From: Lingula anatina
Taxonomy: Eukaryota; Animalia; Brachiopoda
Direction: 5' to 3'
Assembly (NCBI GenBank): GCA_051362555.1
Contig: CM120642.1
Coordinates: 13,888,001 to 13,952,000 of the forward strand
DNA length: 64,000 bases
Part shown: positions 1 to 13,994 of the stretch, piece by piece
Position numbering within the stretch: position 1 is the stretch's first letter
How the letters are laid out: every line of letters starts with the position of its first letter
Translations under genes and position numbers: made by a program
The notes under the pieces: generated by a model
Told to the model about the DNA's origin: nothing
The model's database searches: none
The model's input: only the letters and a program-made list of their open reading frames with translations

Positions 1-3000
1 GTTACCCATTCTCTTCACATACAACCATTGTGTGTAGCCCCTGTTTCCTCCACCCATTACATAATGCAACAGAACCTTAGATTGAATGTTTTGGGTTGGT
101 CAGAAGGCCTGACCATCATATATATATATACACTAATGGTGGCTAGAGAAATTTCTTTGTACCTCCACAGCCTAATGGTCTCATTAAACCTTCCCCCATC
201 TCCATAACTGCTCTTTAATCGCAGAGCACCCTGTGACAGCATTATGAGTTCTAATGACATTTTCGTGTTTAAACGTTAAACTGTTAAAGAGAAGAACACA
301 TCAAAGCAGTGCTTTTTAATGAAGGTTGGGACATTTTTTGTGCATTTAGCGCTCTTGTTTTTGTGCACTTTTTGAGATTCTTCTTAGATCAAGGGATAAA
401 TGTTTGATGTTCTGTGTCTGTTAATAAGCCCACACACACAAGCATACGTATAGATCAGTAGACCACTAAATGAGCATCTACTAAAAAATAATAATAATAA
501 TAATAAGGAATTAAATTGCTCTCTTCACCAGGACATCATTATAACATCAGTTTTCTTTTGATTTTCAAAAATGCTTGCTTATTTACAGTTCATGTCCAGT
601 GCCATAACAAAAAGAGAAAACTGAATGAAAGATGGCTTTGCTCTATTTCACTGGAAAATTTTATAACTTCATGCAGCGTTAGTCACATATTATTAGAGAT
701 GTCGTTTTTCCTTTGTGAAAAATCTGCCTGTATGTAATGACATTAGAATGGCTCCTTATTACTCACAATACATGTAACTGCTATAAGTGGATGGCATGGT
801 CTTTTTTCCAGGCTTTGTGGTTTTTGTGTTTGAATGATTTATTCCACCCATGTTAAACATCCAGTATTTCTATGGCACACATGCATTTATTAATTTTCCA
901 TAACATAACGTATAATCAGTTCATGTAGGAAATTAACCCTATTGGTAACAATAGCATTTACACTGATATGAATTGCAATTTACTTAATATCAAATATAGA
1001 TACAAGTTTGCTTTTAAACAATATGTGTGAGTTTTGAGGATTATCTGGCCTGGTTTTTTACTGACTATGGAAGGAAGCACTTGATTAGCTCCAAACTTGA
1101 AAAGAAATGACCTTTCACATTATTTGAGTTGACAAGAGCAAAGCTTTAAACAAGGAAGAAAAACAAGGGCAGTCTGGTAGACTTCCCTGTCTCTCAGTCT
1201 GGAGTTGCCACCTCAGATATAAAATACATTTTGAAAACCAGTTTTTTATGAAGCAACACAAAGCGGCAGACAACCAAACTTTAAAAAATCTATATCTTTG
1301 GAGTTTTCCACCTAGTGATGTTAAATGTTAACATAATCTAGGTTTTAAGAGAGAAAGGAAGGTAAAAATGTAAACCTTTCTTTGTTATCTAGAACAAAAC
1401 ATCTAGGAAGGATTAAGTGAAGTCATGCTCAGTACAGGAGTGACTTGCACCGACAAAAATTAGACTGACTGTGACATGATGAAAAAAGGCCTTGGGGTTT
1501 CTATTATGCAACAAAGATTCCTATCGTAGAGAATCGTTCAATGCAGTTAATATTTCTAGTATACCTTAGTCAATTTGTGAACATGCACCAACATAGGTTT
1601 TAGTAAAAGTCATGCCTTTGTTCAGAACTGTACTGGCTTGAAGCAAATAGTATATCAGTGGAGATTGGGTTGAGATAATTATTATGAACTGAAGTCAAAT
1701 TGAAAGGGTTAGTAAGTCACCCTAGCCCACAGGGCATTGGGCAGTAGTTTTCCAAACTGAATTGTAAGAATTACAGTTTAGCTGGCATGATTAGGTGGAA
1801 AATTGTAGTGCGTACAGAAATTTCTTAGGGACCAACTTGACACCTCCCCTCTTCCTCTAATCAGTAGAGAGCATGGGTGGTAAAGCGTCAGGTTAAAGAA
1901 TGTTTCAAGATAGTGGTCAGTTTTTAATAAGGAAAAGAAAATACTATTTCATATACTTTTACACATTTCTGAATACATTTCAATATTCCTTTAAATAAAT
2001 TCAAAGCACAAGATGCAAAATAATCCCTCCAAGATGAATTTGGGGATCATCTTGGTCATGAAGCAATGTTCGACATTTGTCTCCAGTTCCCCGAGGACCC
2101 GTTATCTGACAGAATCAGCTCACACCATAAATCATGTACCGCAGCACAACGCTAAGGCTAACCCCGCTCATGTGCAGCGCAGAATATTGATTTTTTAACG
2201 CTTAGGTTTTTTAGTCACATTAGAAGGATTGTTGCCAGGGGACAAGGTAGATACTGATAGCTATGTTACTGCATTGAGCATTGACATTGACTATTCACAT
2301 TGAGGGCAGCTCTGTCACGAGCAGGCCCCTGGTCAGGATTTTAATGACAAATAGCTCTTTAGTGGAGTGTTTTTATTGAAAAATGCATATATTTGGTTTG
2401 TCGGTAATGCGTAGGTCCCTGACCTGGATTTCTGTAAGATTTGCCATGGGGATTAGCCTTCTCTCCTTCTTTGTGTAAACTGTGATGAGCCGCTAGTTTG
2501 GTTAACTAGTAAAGGTATCTGTCAGGCACTGGGGCAGCAGAGGAGTGCCACACAGGCAAGACTTCCATTACAACACACGGAACCTGAAGCGCAACAGATA
2601 TTGCTCAAGGGAGCTCTGCTGTCTGAGCTTTGTTTACTTTTTGATAATCCATGTAAACAAGAGGGTTAAAAGTAAAGTCTGCACTGTAAGAATTTGTATG
2701 GCCCTGTTTAAGTGAGGTCATGGGGGAAAGATGGCGAGAGGCAATTAATGTGATTTAGGGGGTCTATTTCAGAAAATTAGGAAGTTATCAGATTTTTTTC
2801 TTGTGGGCTTGATTTTATCATCTGAAAGTCAATTAATTCCTTGAAAGAGGTAAAGATAAGACATTTGATTAAGGAAGGCTCAGTAATGGCTGGATATTCT
2901 ACAAAATACAGCATCAATATTATCCCATCCCTTAACCTATGTGAATGAAGAAATTTTCCAGTTTGGCAGAGGGCTTCTCTCGTAATTATTCAGATCAGAC

Positions 3001-4697
3001 AACAATATGGTATTATGTTGTTTCCATGCCTTAGCACATTACACTGTATCCACATCCTTTGGGTTAATTTTTTTAGACTGATGAACACTGAACTCTGTTA
3101 AAGAGGTAATGCCCTGGGCTTGCTGTAGTGCAAATTTCATTGAAGCCAAAATTCAAATGTCAAGTCTTATGGTGATAAATTGGCCAAATTTTGAAAAGAG
3201 ATTTTTCACTCTGTAACCCAAGTGCATTTTCCCAAGTATTTAGTGAAAATTTTCTATGCTGGCATCAGCCTAAGTATTGTATTAAGGCCTTGCTGGGTCA
3301 CCAGCATACCTTTTATTACTACACATTCTACACTCTGTTTTACAAGATTAGTGTGCTGTTTTATGAATGGACCAGAAATTGCAATTAATGTACAAGGAGT
3401 CAGTGTCCCATGGAGAGAAGGAAAAGAAATAGAGGGCAGAGTGTTCTTTATGAAACAAGGCAGAATCATTTCTCAAGTAGCTTGTTAAAACGCTATCAAC
3501 ATATGTAAAATGAGATGTTTTCCAGCTCTCCTATGCCAGAGTTGTGCAGAGGATTTTTATTCTTTTCTGATTGGATTTGACAGTCAGAATGTAGAAGAGG
3601 AATAAGAGAATATAAATGGGTGTTGTTAGCTCCTAAGACTACTACTGTGCCAACAATAGGTGTCTTTTGGAATCTGGAAGCACTTCTGTATAGCGTTTTT
3701 AAGATTTTATCAAATATTTTCATTTTAGACAAATCAAATTGGAAATTACATAAAATAAATAAAATATTTATATAGTCTCAGTAGTCAAAGTGGATTATTT
3801 TGGTCAGTGATAACACAAACCTATGGAAAAAGCATGCCTCAGTCATTAGCTGATGTTTGACTATGATTTAATTTCCTATATGAATTAACCTTGATATATA
3901 GTACGGTCCTTATGTCTGTTCATGTGATGAGACCCATTTCCTGGCTCCACCCCCTGTAATTCTATGTTTCAAAACGAAAGGGAAATTTTCACCAGGAATT
4001 ACATATCATGTACACTTATTCCCCTCTTCTGTTGGGAGATACTTATCTACTTCCTACCTGAACCATTTCCATAGTCATGGTGTGAGAATGGTAACAAAGC
4101 TCTGAAAGCTGCCTTCAGGGTTAGTAGAGCACATGACAGGAGTTGAGGAGGTTTTCATCCTCAGAACTTGGTATTTTTAGGGAGTGGATGTTTGGAGAGA
4201 AAAAGAAAGAGTTCGGGCTTTCCCCCCAGCCAAACTGGAATAATAACAGTTTGCATTTAATTAGAGGGCATATGTCATCTTATTCAGAGAAACTAGTTAT
4301 ATGTAGACTGTTACCAGTTTTATAGTCAGTTTGTGGTCTAAAGAAAGGCTGTGGACAAAAGGGAGAAAGTCGTTCCCAAAAGCCCAAGAGGCAGTTGACA
4401 TTGAGTTCATGTTTTACAATGGAAAAAAAATGATAAGATTTTTTGGTTGCTAAATTTGCTTTTCATTGTTAGAAATTTTGCAAATTTCAGATGGGAATTG
4501 TCTGCATCCATCTAAATGGACATTTTCTGCTGGAAGTGAATTTCACCTTAGAGATTTGGTACAGAGAAATAAACTCATACATTTGTTTTGTGTGAATAAT
4601 GCATGATCTACTCACTTTTCATTCAGAGAAAATTATATTATGGGGTATACCCTTTCTACAAGTCAAATGAGTTCTATTGATTTTCCCAGACGGGATT

Positions 4698-4727
4698 CTG
4701 ACAGTGACCGATGACTGACAGCTGTCA
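4698..4727. promoter_or_regulatory. Candidate TALE (Pbx-Meis/Prep) binding cluster in PBX intron
   Basis: TGACAG, then TGACTGACAG (4712-4721) overlapping the palindrome TGACAGCTGTCA (4716-4727). Confidence 0.4.
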
Positions 4728-7700
4728 TTAACAAGGGTCATTTCCAATGATAATGAGAGCATGGGGCTCCCAAGGGTGTACTTATATGGAGATAAGACTT
4801 TTATAAAAATTGAACTTTTTCCCAATCAGATTCACCTCGCCCAGTAGGGGATTATGTTATTTCTTCTGTAATGACTGAAAAGATTATGAATAGAGAAATT
4901 AAAATTAAACTTTGTGAGACCTTAGTAATCTGGGTCAGATGCTTCTTTTTTCTTCTTGGCGTAATGTTGCCTTTGGTATAGTTTTCCACAGAGCTGTCAA
5001 ATCATTAGTTTTAACAAAATCTGTGATTATGCTTCTGCATTTTTTTTTTTACTTTAGCCAAAATAAAGTGTTTAGCCTTTGGTAAAAATAGTAGTACATA
5101 CTACTAAATAGTACTAGCTCTCCCAGCTTAATGTATGAATGAATGCATAAAGATGATTAAAATGACTAAGATACCCTGCAGCCAAATAGTTAAACCACTA
5201 TGTTGCAATAAACCACTATGTTGCAATATGGCACCAAGCAGGCACCATTTGTACTGGGGATATGCTTGAATTTTTACACAATCAATATTTGTAGTATCTG
5301 AACTAAATTGCAAAAAGGTTAGGAAAGTTTTTATGAAACTGTGTTTCGTATTTACATTATTTGATTTGTTTTTCTGGGTGTGAAAAAAAAGTTTCTTGGA
5401 TTGCAGTAAATGCACTAGGGCCATTCCGTGGTATTTTTTTATATTGAAGGACATTTTACACTTCAAATGAAAATATCTAAAAAAGTTAAAAAGGTGGAAG
5501 GCCCATTTTTATGTTTATTCCTATATATGTGAGTTACATTTAGGCAAAAATTTGGGATTTAGTTTAACAAAATTTAGTTAGCAACATTTGTTGACAGTAT
5601 AAGAAAATGAGCACTAAGAAAAAGGTGCATGAACATGTATAACAGTTGTCAATCAGTGTAAAAGATCAGTCATTTCTTACTTGAATTACTGTTATCTTCC
5701 CCGCCTCTTTGTGATCTACGACCTCTGATTAACTCCTATCTTCGGGTCAATCTGTCTTTAAACCACCACCTTCCGGTGTTAGAAGAAGACCCCATTACAG
5801 AGAGGAGTGTGACACCTGACGGCGTGACGAGATCAGATTGGTGGCATTGTTATCTGTCAATTACAGAACCCATGCATATTTGTGGAAGGATGGAAAGTTG
5901 AAGTTGGTAGTTATAAACTGAACCTTGTGTTAAAATCACTGGATTCGTAGAGAAATTAAAATTCAAAAGAAAAATCATGAATTATTTATATTCAAAGCCT
6001 CTCTCCCCACCCCACCATTTCTCCCCCCTTCAGAAAGTTCTTCGCTTATTAAGCACAGTGAATAAAATACATCTTAGCTGCAAATATATTAAAACATGTA
6101 CACAGTCAGTGGCCTATGAAACTGCCATTGGTGACACTAGGGTTTTTACTTGTAATATATCAGACTTAACTAGGCACTTGATCAATTAGGAACTGGACCT
6201 CTGTGCAGATTTCTTTCAATTCTTATACAAAATATTCATAATTTGTTGAATAATATGGGATCCTTATTCTGAATTTTATTTTTGCTCTGCAGAAAGGCAA
6301 TTTGTTTTTGTTATATTGTCTTAAGGAGCACCACAAAACTTAGCACTGGCCATAAAACCTGTATGTTGTTTGAGCTTAAAGACAGTGTAATGTAATCTGG
6401 TCAGCATTCATGGTTCTTGTGACCACTGGACGAGAACTCTGGGGCTTATCTGACCTCTTGACCTTTTGAAATGCACCATGCTGAGAGTTTGCACAGGTGA
6501 CCTTTTTTTAAATAAATTGAGGAAGAATGAAGAATTGTTTGTTGTTTTGAAGAGAAGTGCATGTATTGTGCCACAGTTGATAATGATTGTTGAGTTTTAT
6601 TATAACAATAATGTTTGTGAATTGAAGTAGAACTGCCAGGAAGTGTTCATGATTTCTCTTAATGTATTGCGCATCATTACTAAAAAAGCAAAAAAGAAAG
6701 GCAGTGATATTATCTTGTGAAATTCAGTAATATGGATTTCACTTAATTTTGGATAAGCAATACTTAAACTCATGCTTGAGCCTGTTTGGAAAAAAGAATT
6801 GATAATGAACTTATGACTTAAAGTTAATCCTGGTACCAAAAGAGTTGTTTTATTTAAGAACATTATGACTGATACTGCAAAAGAATAATTCTGTAGTCAT
6901 TAGCTGTGATTTCTGAAACATCAGCCACTTGGGCAGGGAATTCAACCTTTTCCGGGCCTGCAGTTATAAAATTGTCTCATCACCTGGAAAAAAGGTTATA
7001 ACAGCTAATCACATTTTCTGCCAGGCCAAGAGCTTCAAGGAGAAATAAATAATTGGCAAATTAGAAGCAAAATGATTGCACACTTTGCTTATTTATGGCC
7101 AGCAGCTGGCATAGATGGAGTTTCTACAGCCTCTGGTGCAAGAGTTTGGTATGGATGATAGCGTTTACTAATAGATGGCTTTATCACTGGAGTAACAAAT
7201 ATTAAAAGAAACAAATGCTTCTTAAAGCTCCCCTCCCTAGTTTTGTTCTTCATGCGATATGTATCTGTTTTAATCTGGACAGTCGTAGTTTAAAGATGTA
7301 GAAAAGATTGTTTATACGAATTTTGAAGGTTTACGAGTACAATAGGCAAGAATTTTACTATTTCTTTTCACATGTATTGTGCCATATAAAATATATACAT
7401 TCATCCCATTAACTGCCTTGTAATAAGTTTAATTTAAAGAGTCTGGGTTTTAAAGATGGATTTTTTCTTTTCTGAACATCCAGTTCTTGTCTGTCATCGT
7501 GCCATTTCTACTGTTTACGTAAGCTTCAGGATCTATTTTTCAGTTGAAATTGCTCAAAGTCTGATGAAAATAAACCAAGAGCTGTGAAAATAAGCTATGA
7601 TTTGCAGAAATAGATGTCAGATTTGGATGTATCTTTTTCTAAAAAAAAAGCGCCATGATATGAATGCTTGCATAACTGTGCAATGCATTTTTAAAAGACA

Positions 7701-9534
7701 AAAAGACAAACATAACAGAAAATGCTGAAACGATGTTAAAAGTATAACATCAGATTCCAAAATAGCCCACCTCCCAGCACCCAGCCTTTTGTTGCAGTAG
7801 AGTAGAAAGAAAAAAGAATGCAAGAATGTCGCAGACCCTGAGCTAATTGGTGACCCCCACCACATAACGTCACCTCTAATTCTGCAGATCCCATCACTTG
7901 AGTCCAAGTAACAAGTAGAATTCTTGTGGTAAAACAATGGGGAGTATTTAATTGGTAAAATCACACCAGAGAAGTGGCCTGGGGTTACTCACATGTGCTT
8001 TGCTTGGCATCTGTTTTTCAGGCACCCTGTGTATAAGGAAGCAGAGACATTGTTAATGGCATTTTCAGCATTGAATCCCTTGTCTTTTTTAGAACACTAC
8101 AGGCTTTGAACATTGAATGGATCTTCTTTTTGTTGTCTGGTTGCATTAATTTTGCACATTAAGAAAGAAAATTTCATATTTGAATATCGCAATATATTTT
8201 ATTATTTATATGATTATATTGTTGTTAGAAATAAAGTGTTCATGTAACACTTCAGTATTTCATGAATGAAAATTGGATGAGGTATATATTTTATGATTAT
8301 AATACCATATAATGAGGAGAAAATTTGGCCAATATTTCTGTTCTGTTTTATTGTTGTGTCTATTTTTGGTAACTTTTTGATTTGAACAGATGTTTGCTTT
8401 CAAATCTGCTATTCTCTCCCACAGAGAAATTGTGCAAGTATAAGATATTCACTGGTTTGTTTAGGGGTGCTTTTAATGTTTAATCTTATTATTTTATTCT
8501 CAACCTATCATTTCAAAAAGATGAATAAAACATTCTCTTTACTGATCTTTCAGCTTTAATCCTTACTTTGGTAGGAAAGCTTAAAAAGAAATTTAAAATT
8601 GAAAGAAAAACTTATCATGGTTCACTTTTTTGAGAAACAAGGTTTGTTGGATATTGCCCTGCAAGTTTCCCCCAGAGGAATAGAAATTGCATCTCTAGTT
8701 CTCTAAGCTACACTGCTTATTGGCACGTAACTCTCTAAAGGTAGAAGAAAGGAATAATAGGAAATAAAATAGAGATTTCTTCCTACTAGATATAACTTGC
8801 GTATGTGCACAGACTTGTCTCATCTGGTGTTATGTGTGAACTGTAGGATTGTCAAAGGGAATATTGTTCATATGGTTTTGTGTAGATGAGTACATTGCCT
8901 AATGGTTATATTATTTCTTTAAATGTTCATTTTATATATGATATAATAGATCATTGCAAATATATTTCTTTGGTTGCACTCTACAACTCTGAAGGTAGCA
9001 GCAAAAATACATATCCCATCAAAAGCATAATTCCCACATTATTCATGCTTTAAAAAGGAAAAAAATTCAATTTGCCGTCTCCTGCAGGAATGATGAGCGA
9101 GAAGTCATCTGTCTAATTGCTTGCTCATCAAAGTCTGCAGAAATGCTGTGTTCCTCATTATCTTGACAGTAATTGGCAGTGGTGTGGGCTGCTGTGACAA
9201 ATTTGTCAAAGGTATCAACAACTTGGGTTGAAATTGACAGGAAGATAAACCAAACTCTCTAATTACCTGTCTTGTCTTGGGGGAAACGTGTGTGCAGTGA
9301 CACCTACAGCACAGAAACTTATTTTAATGAGATGGCGTGTGTTGGAGCTGTCAGCAGTGGTCTCAAAGTGGAGGTTGGGCATCTTCTTAAATTGTCTGAT
9401 TTTATCTCCCAGCGAAAGAAACTGTGAAAAAAATTTGTTTTTGCCTTATTTCTTTACTACCCTTTTCCCTTGAATAAATTGTGAATCGGCTGTAAGAAAT
9501 TCAGCTTGACTGTGTCTCTTCTTCATTTTTTTTT

Positions 9535-9537
<3 letters not shown>

Positions 9538-9568
<31 letters not shown>
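9538..9568. repeat. (TG)n microsatellite
   Basis: Read directly from sequence. Confidence 0.95.
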
Positions 9569-9572
<4 letters not shown>

Positions 9573-10584
9573 GTTTTCAAAAAATTTAAATATTTCTTGT
9601 ATATCTGTTAATGTGCTTCTATAGCGAAAAGATGCCTGCGTGGTTAAGTACTAAGTGGCCCTGACTAGAATATGAATTATGAATGATCTTTATTGATCTC
9701 CTTGTGCCAGTGACAGGCTGACAGCCTTATTTATTTATTTCCATCATCCGTGACACCGTGTAACAGTTTGGATTTGACAAAAACATGCATCATGGTATTT
9801 GTTGTTCTGACAAGAGGATGAATTCTTATGTAGGTAATAAATAAATCTGAATATTGAAAAAATAATGGGCTAGCAGAGCAGAGGAAAAACAGCAGCAGAT
9901 GAAGCTTTTGAAGGTTGTTGAAGATTGTCAAAATTTCAACAGGTAAACCTAAAAGACACATGCTATACAAATATATCTGATGGTGATAACTTAGCTAACT
10001 AGAAACTAGGATCCAAAATAAAGAGGATAAGACAGTGGCTCAAACTTCAAAGGGAGTCTCCCGCGGCGCGCGTCTCATGATGCCTTCGGGTTGGTACGGC
10101 GAGCCTCGTTTTCAAATGACCAGGTAGCTTGTCTACGGCAGAGTGAAACGAAGGTCCCGCTTTAGTCGCGTTTTTTTCATTGTATCCGGAGAATTTCGTC
10201 AAAAGACAAGAGGAGCTGATTAAGGAATATGCAGTGAAGCACCGTGAGTATTTATATTGCAGTTTGTAGCTTCAATAGACAGTAATATCAATTTCAATAT
10301 CCCCGTCCGTTAGATTTGCAAAGATGGCGAGCAAATTTACACTGCCGTGCATGTTTACGCTCTCGTTGTTATTTGGCGGATGCACTTTCCGAATATTTGT
10401 CAATGCAGAGTTATTCGGAGTACAGTTTTGATATGGCAACACCTTGTAATGTGGGAAACGAAATAAGTTGGATTGTAAAAAGAGCGTAGAAATAGTGCCC
10501 CCAACGCCAATAATGGCGGAGCGATAGTTCTGGGAGGTAGTTTACCTATACAAAAAAACTTTACATGGGACTGGCTTGCTAATT

Positions 10585-11108
10585 TTAAACCCACATCTAT
10601 ATTGTACGTTTTATAACAAAAGACGTTACGATGGATATTAGTGGATTAGAGTTTTTATTCCAGAGATATCAAGGACTTAAATTGCCTAATCACTCTAAAT
10701 TCAACATGGCCGAACGATGTAACGCCGCGGGCCCCTTCTTTTAGATACAAATGCACACAATTATAACTGATATGTCTCATTTTAAACCTGCATCTATATT
10801 GTATGTTTTGGGACAAAAGACGTTACGATGGATATTAGTGGATTAGACATTTTATTCCAGAGATATCAAGGACTTAAATTGCCTAATCACTCTAAATTCA
10901 ACATGGCCGAACGATGTAACGCCGCGGACCCCTTCTTTTAGATACAAATGCACACAATTATAACTGATATGTCTCATTTTAAACCTGCATCTATATTGTA
11001 TGTTTTGGGACAAAAGACGTTACAATGGATATTAGTGGATTAGAGTTTTTATTCCAGAGATATCAAGGACTTAAATTGCCTAATCACTCTAATGTCAACC
11101 TGGCTGAA
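10585..11108. repeat. 197-bp tandem repeat, about 2.6 copies, inside the transposon
   Basis: CATCTATATTGTA recurs at 10594, 10791 and 10988; copies are near-identical. Confidence 0.93.
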
Positions 11109-11232
11109 TGGTAAAAAACATGACCTTTTTCTTCATAAAAACATATATGTTATTTATTTTTTAACAATGTGGTCCAGAGTTAGTATAACACTGACTGGTC
11201 GGGAACATAGTAATACATATTTCTTTCCTCAG

Positions 11233-11904
11233 ATGCCAATTAAAAAGAGAAAGAAGATAGGCAAGAAGGTTAAGAATGCCCAGGCCAAGAAATATGGTAA
11301 ATCAGCAAAGATTTCCAAAGACACAACTACGTATCCAAGGACAAATGACAACAGTGGTAAAGGTTTTTGCATTGTGTATTATACAAATAACCAGGTGAAT
11401 TTTATAAATGAAACAAAATGTTGCTGTTATATTCTTATTTAATCTGCCAGCTTGCAACCAGAGTCTTTAATTTTGGAATGCTGTGAATGTGGTGTATATT
11501 ATTATTATCATCTTAGATGCCTGTAACATTAAGTTATTTATGATTATTATTAAAACTGGAGTTCTAAATGTTTCTTTCTTATGCAGAATGTGTCGTGTCA
11601 CGTCAACAGTTCATTGACTCTGAGGATGACATGCCTTTGAGCAGTCTGAAAGATGTTTCTTCTGACAACTCAGAGACTCAACAGTCAAATGGTAAGTGAT
11701 TGATACAATGGATTGGTTTATTTTAATTAATAAAGTGGTTAACATTAATTTATTTGGTATTTTTAAAACTGGAGTTCTAAATGTTCCTTTCTTATGCAGA
11801 ATGTGCAGTGTCAAGTCAACAATCTAGTGAACCTGAGGATGACATGTCTTTAAGCAGCCTGAAGGATGTTTCTTCTGACAACTCAGAGACTCAACAGTCA
11901 CATG
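11233..11904 (+). pseudogene. Spliced gene fragment carried by the transposon (Lys-rich first exon plus two duplicated acidic 105-nt exons)
   Basis: Exons 11233-11356 (MPIKKRKKIGKKVK..., phase-1 donor), 11587-11691 and 11800-11904 (CVVSRQQFIDSEDDMPLSSLKDVSSDNSETQQS and a near copy, phase 1-1). A probable further exon starts at 12123. Upstream donor gtgagt at 10244. Confidence 0.6.
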
Positions 11905-13994
11905 GTGAGAATCTTATACAATGAATTGCTTCGTTTTCATCTACTTTGTTCCCTACAACATGAAATTCATGAAGTGTTAGTCAGTTACATTAGTTCACTT
12001 ATGAATAATCTTAAGGTGCCATTTAAATAGTTTTATATTTAAGGATATTCTATAGAATTTTCCAGTGACACCTTTATAAATTTTATTGTTTCCAATAACA
12101 CATATTTTCATTTTTCATTTAGGGTCCAGTATACCAACATTTTTTGACAGTCTGCAAACCTGTGCCACTGGGGATTGGCACTTCATGAAGGGTCCATGTA
12201 AAGTGCATCTTTACAAGATGGTGTTCTTTTTTTTTAACTCTATAAGCCATGATTAATAGATAAATGGTGTTGTGGTGACAATTTTGTTGATCATAAATGA
12301 AATGTTTTGAAGTTTTTTGGGGTTTCAATTTGTTGATAAACTTAGATATAAGTAAATGTGTACAGGTTACATTTAACAGGCTGCATCTTATTGGGAAATT
12401 ACAGTGATGAATTGCATGAACAAGTGAATTCGTTTAATAAACTTATTTGAACTGTACATCTGGATTTTTTTCACTTGGTGTTTAGGGGGAGAGAGAACTT
12501 TCAAGGGATATTAACTGTTCATTTTGGCCAAAAAATGGCTTTTCCTGGGGTAAAGGACAATTAACCCGTGCTAACCAATGGTTTGTGAATTCATTCTGAC
12601 ATTCAAAGTTAGTCCCTGATTTTTTTTTCTAAAAGTTTTCTTTTTGTAGTATTTTCTTAAGAGATTATTACAGAGTGCAGACATCTATGGAGAACACACA
12701 AAGTGATGGCAAGCATAGATTTCAGAATAATTTGATTAACCGCTGTTGTTGTGGTATAATAGCATTTATTTTATTTCTATGATCAATGCATTCATTGTGA
12801 AATTTGGATCTCTTAGACAGTTAAATGACAGTACAACGCAACAGAAAAATGCAACAAACCCAATGTCTATTCAATCTATCAAATTACACAAGAAATCTGA
12901 GTTGAGTGTAAAAAGAGTGCTAAAGAATTTCCTTTACAAGATGCAGTAACTATTTACTAACAAATCATCTACTTAACACGCCCTAAATAATTTCCAATTT
13001 TTAAGTCACCAGCATTGTTGAACATCATTGGTGAAATAGCTTATCTGTATGTTGTGATCTATTAAGAACGTTCTGTTAATTATCTAAAGTTTGTTTGTCA
13101 CAGCGACACTCCGAGCTTGGCCTTCGCCGACAATTTGCTGTTATTGTCCTTCTTGGAATCTTCTAACAAAAACATATTTTACGTACAATAATGTAACATG
13201 ATACGAAGTGAACACTTCATGTCGCATAGATAATTCAAAAATCGCCGGAACGACTGGCAAAACCAATGCACATTGTCATCTATTTCATGTCTGCGTGTTA
13301 CAATTACCTGTTATAGCCCTTTTTTCTTCTTGTCTGAAAGCATGCTGTTCTTCATAATATTCCAGTGACAACTTTATTTTTTGTTAAACACAATATCAAA
13401 AAAGAACGTTATGGTATACAGACCCATTTTTTAATACTTCCTGCAATATTTAACGTTAAAACATTTCACGAAATCAACCGCGTTTTGAAACTTACAACCA
13501 ACATGGCGGACGGGAACGTAGCAACCGCGAGAATATACGGTAATGTGCGATAACTGCCTGTGCACGCTTCGTCACGCTAGCCTGACCACACGCTGTCTAA
13601 GCTATCAAAACAGCTTAACTAGACAATAGGGGAATGTTTACCCGAAGGTATCATGGTTCAAAGGCGATTTGCCGCTTTCTTATCCTCTTTATTTTGGATC
13701 CTAGCTAGAAACCACTACGGCACCACTCCAAGACAATAGCGCACATTCATGTCCCACTCCTTGCGGAAACCCCAAGCACAGATTTGCGCTGTAATTTTCC
13801 CTGATTAAATGTGGAGTTGTATTGTATTCCCCATCATTTCTGACCCATGCAGTCTTAGATGTTGTAAAACCCCTGTGGTGAGGCACATCAGTGGATCATT
13901 TGTTCCACTCTAGGGTCTTTCCCCAGGCAGACTATATAACAAGGACTGCCTGCCTGTGAGCTGGCCTCTGGGTGAAGTCACTAGGGATGTTTTT

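Larger units (their letters stand above)
10006..13704. mobile_element. 3.7-kb class II (TIR) transposon, probably non-autonomous or deleted, in PBX intron
   Basis: Perfect 27-bp TIRs CTAGGATCCAAAATAAAGAGGATAAGA (10006-10032 and 13678-13704). 7-bp direct repeat CTAGAAA on both flanks (9999-10005, 13705-13711). Subterminal inverted 16-mer CATGATRCCTTCGGGT (10076-10091 and 13640-13655). CpG-rich ends unlike the flanks. Confidence 0.9.

Noticed and set aside
1-10005. Short ORFs and possible PBX exons 1-2
   Set aside because: I found no PBC-A N-terminal motif (HRMKPALF-like) and the ORFs have intron-like composition, so the region is treated as intron.
10585-11108. CRISPR-like array
   Set aside because: The whole 197-bp unit repeats with no unique spacers, and the context is eukaryotic.
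12660-12949. Possible transposase C-terminal exon in the 3.7-kb element
   Set aside because: It is interrupted by stops and has no catalytic motif I can recognise, so it cannot be assigned.
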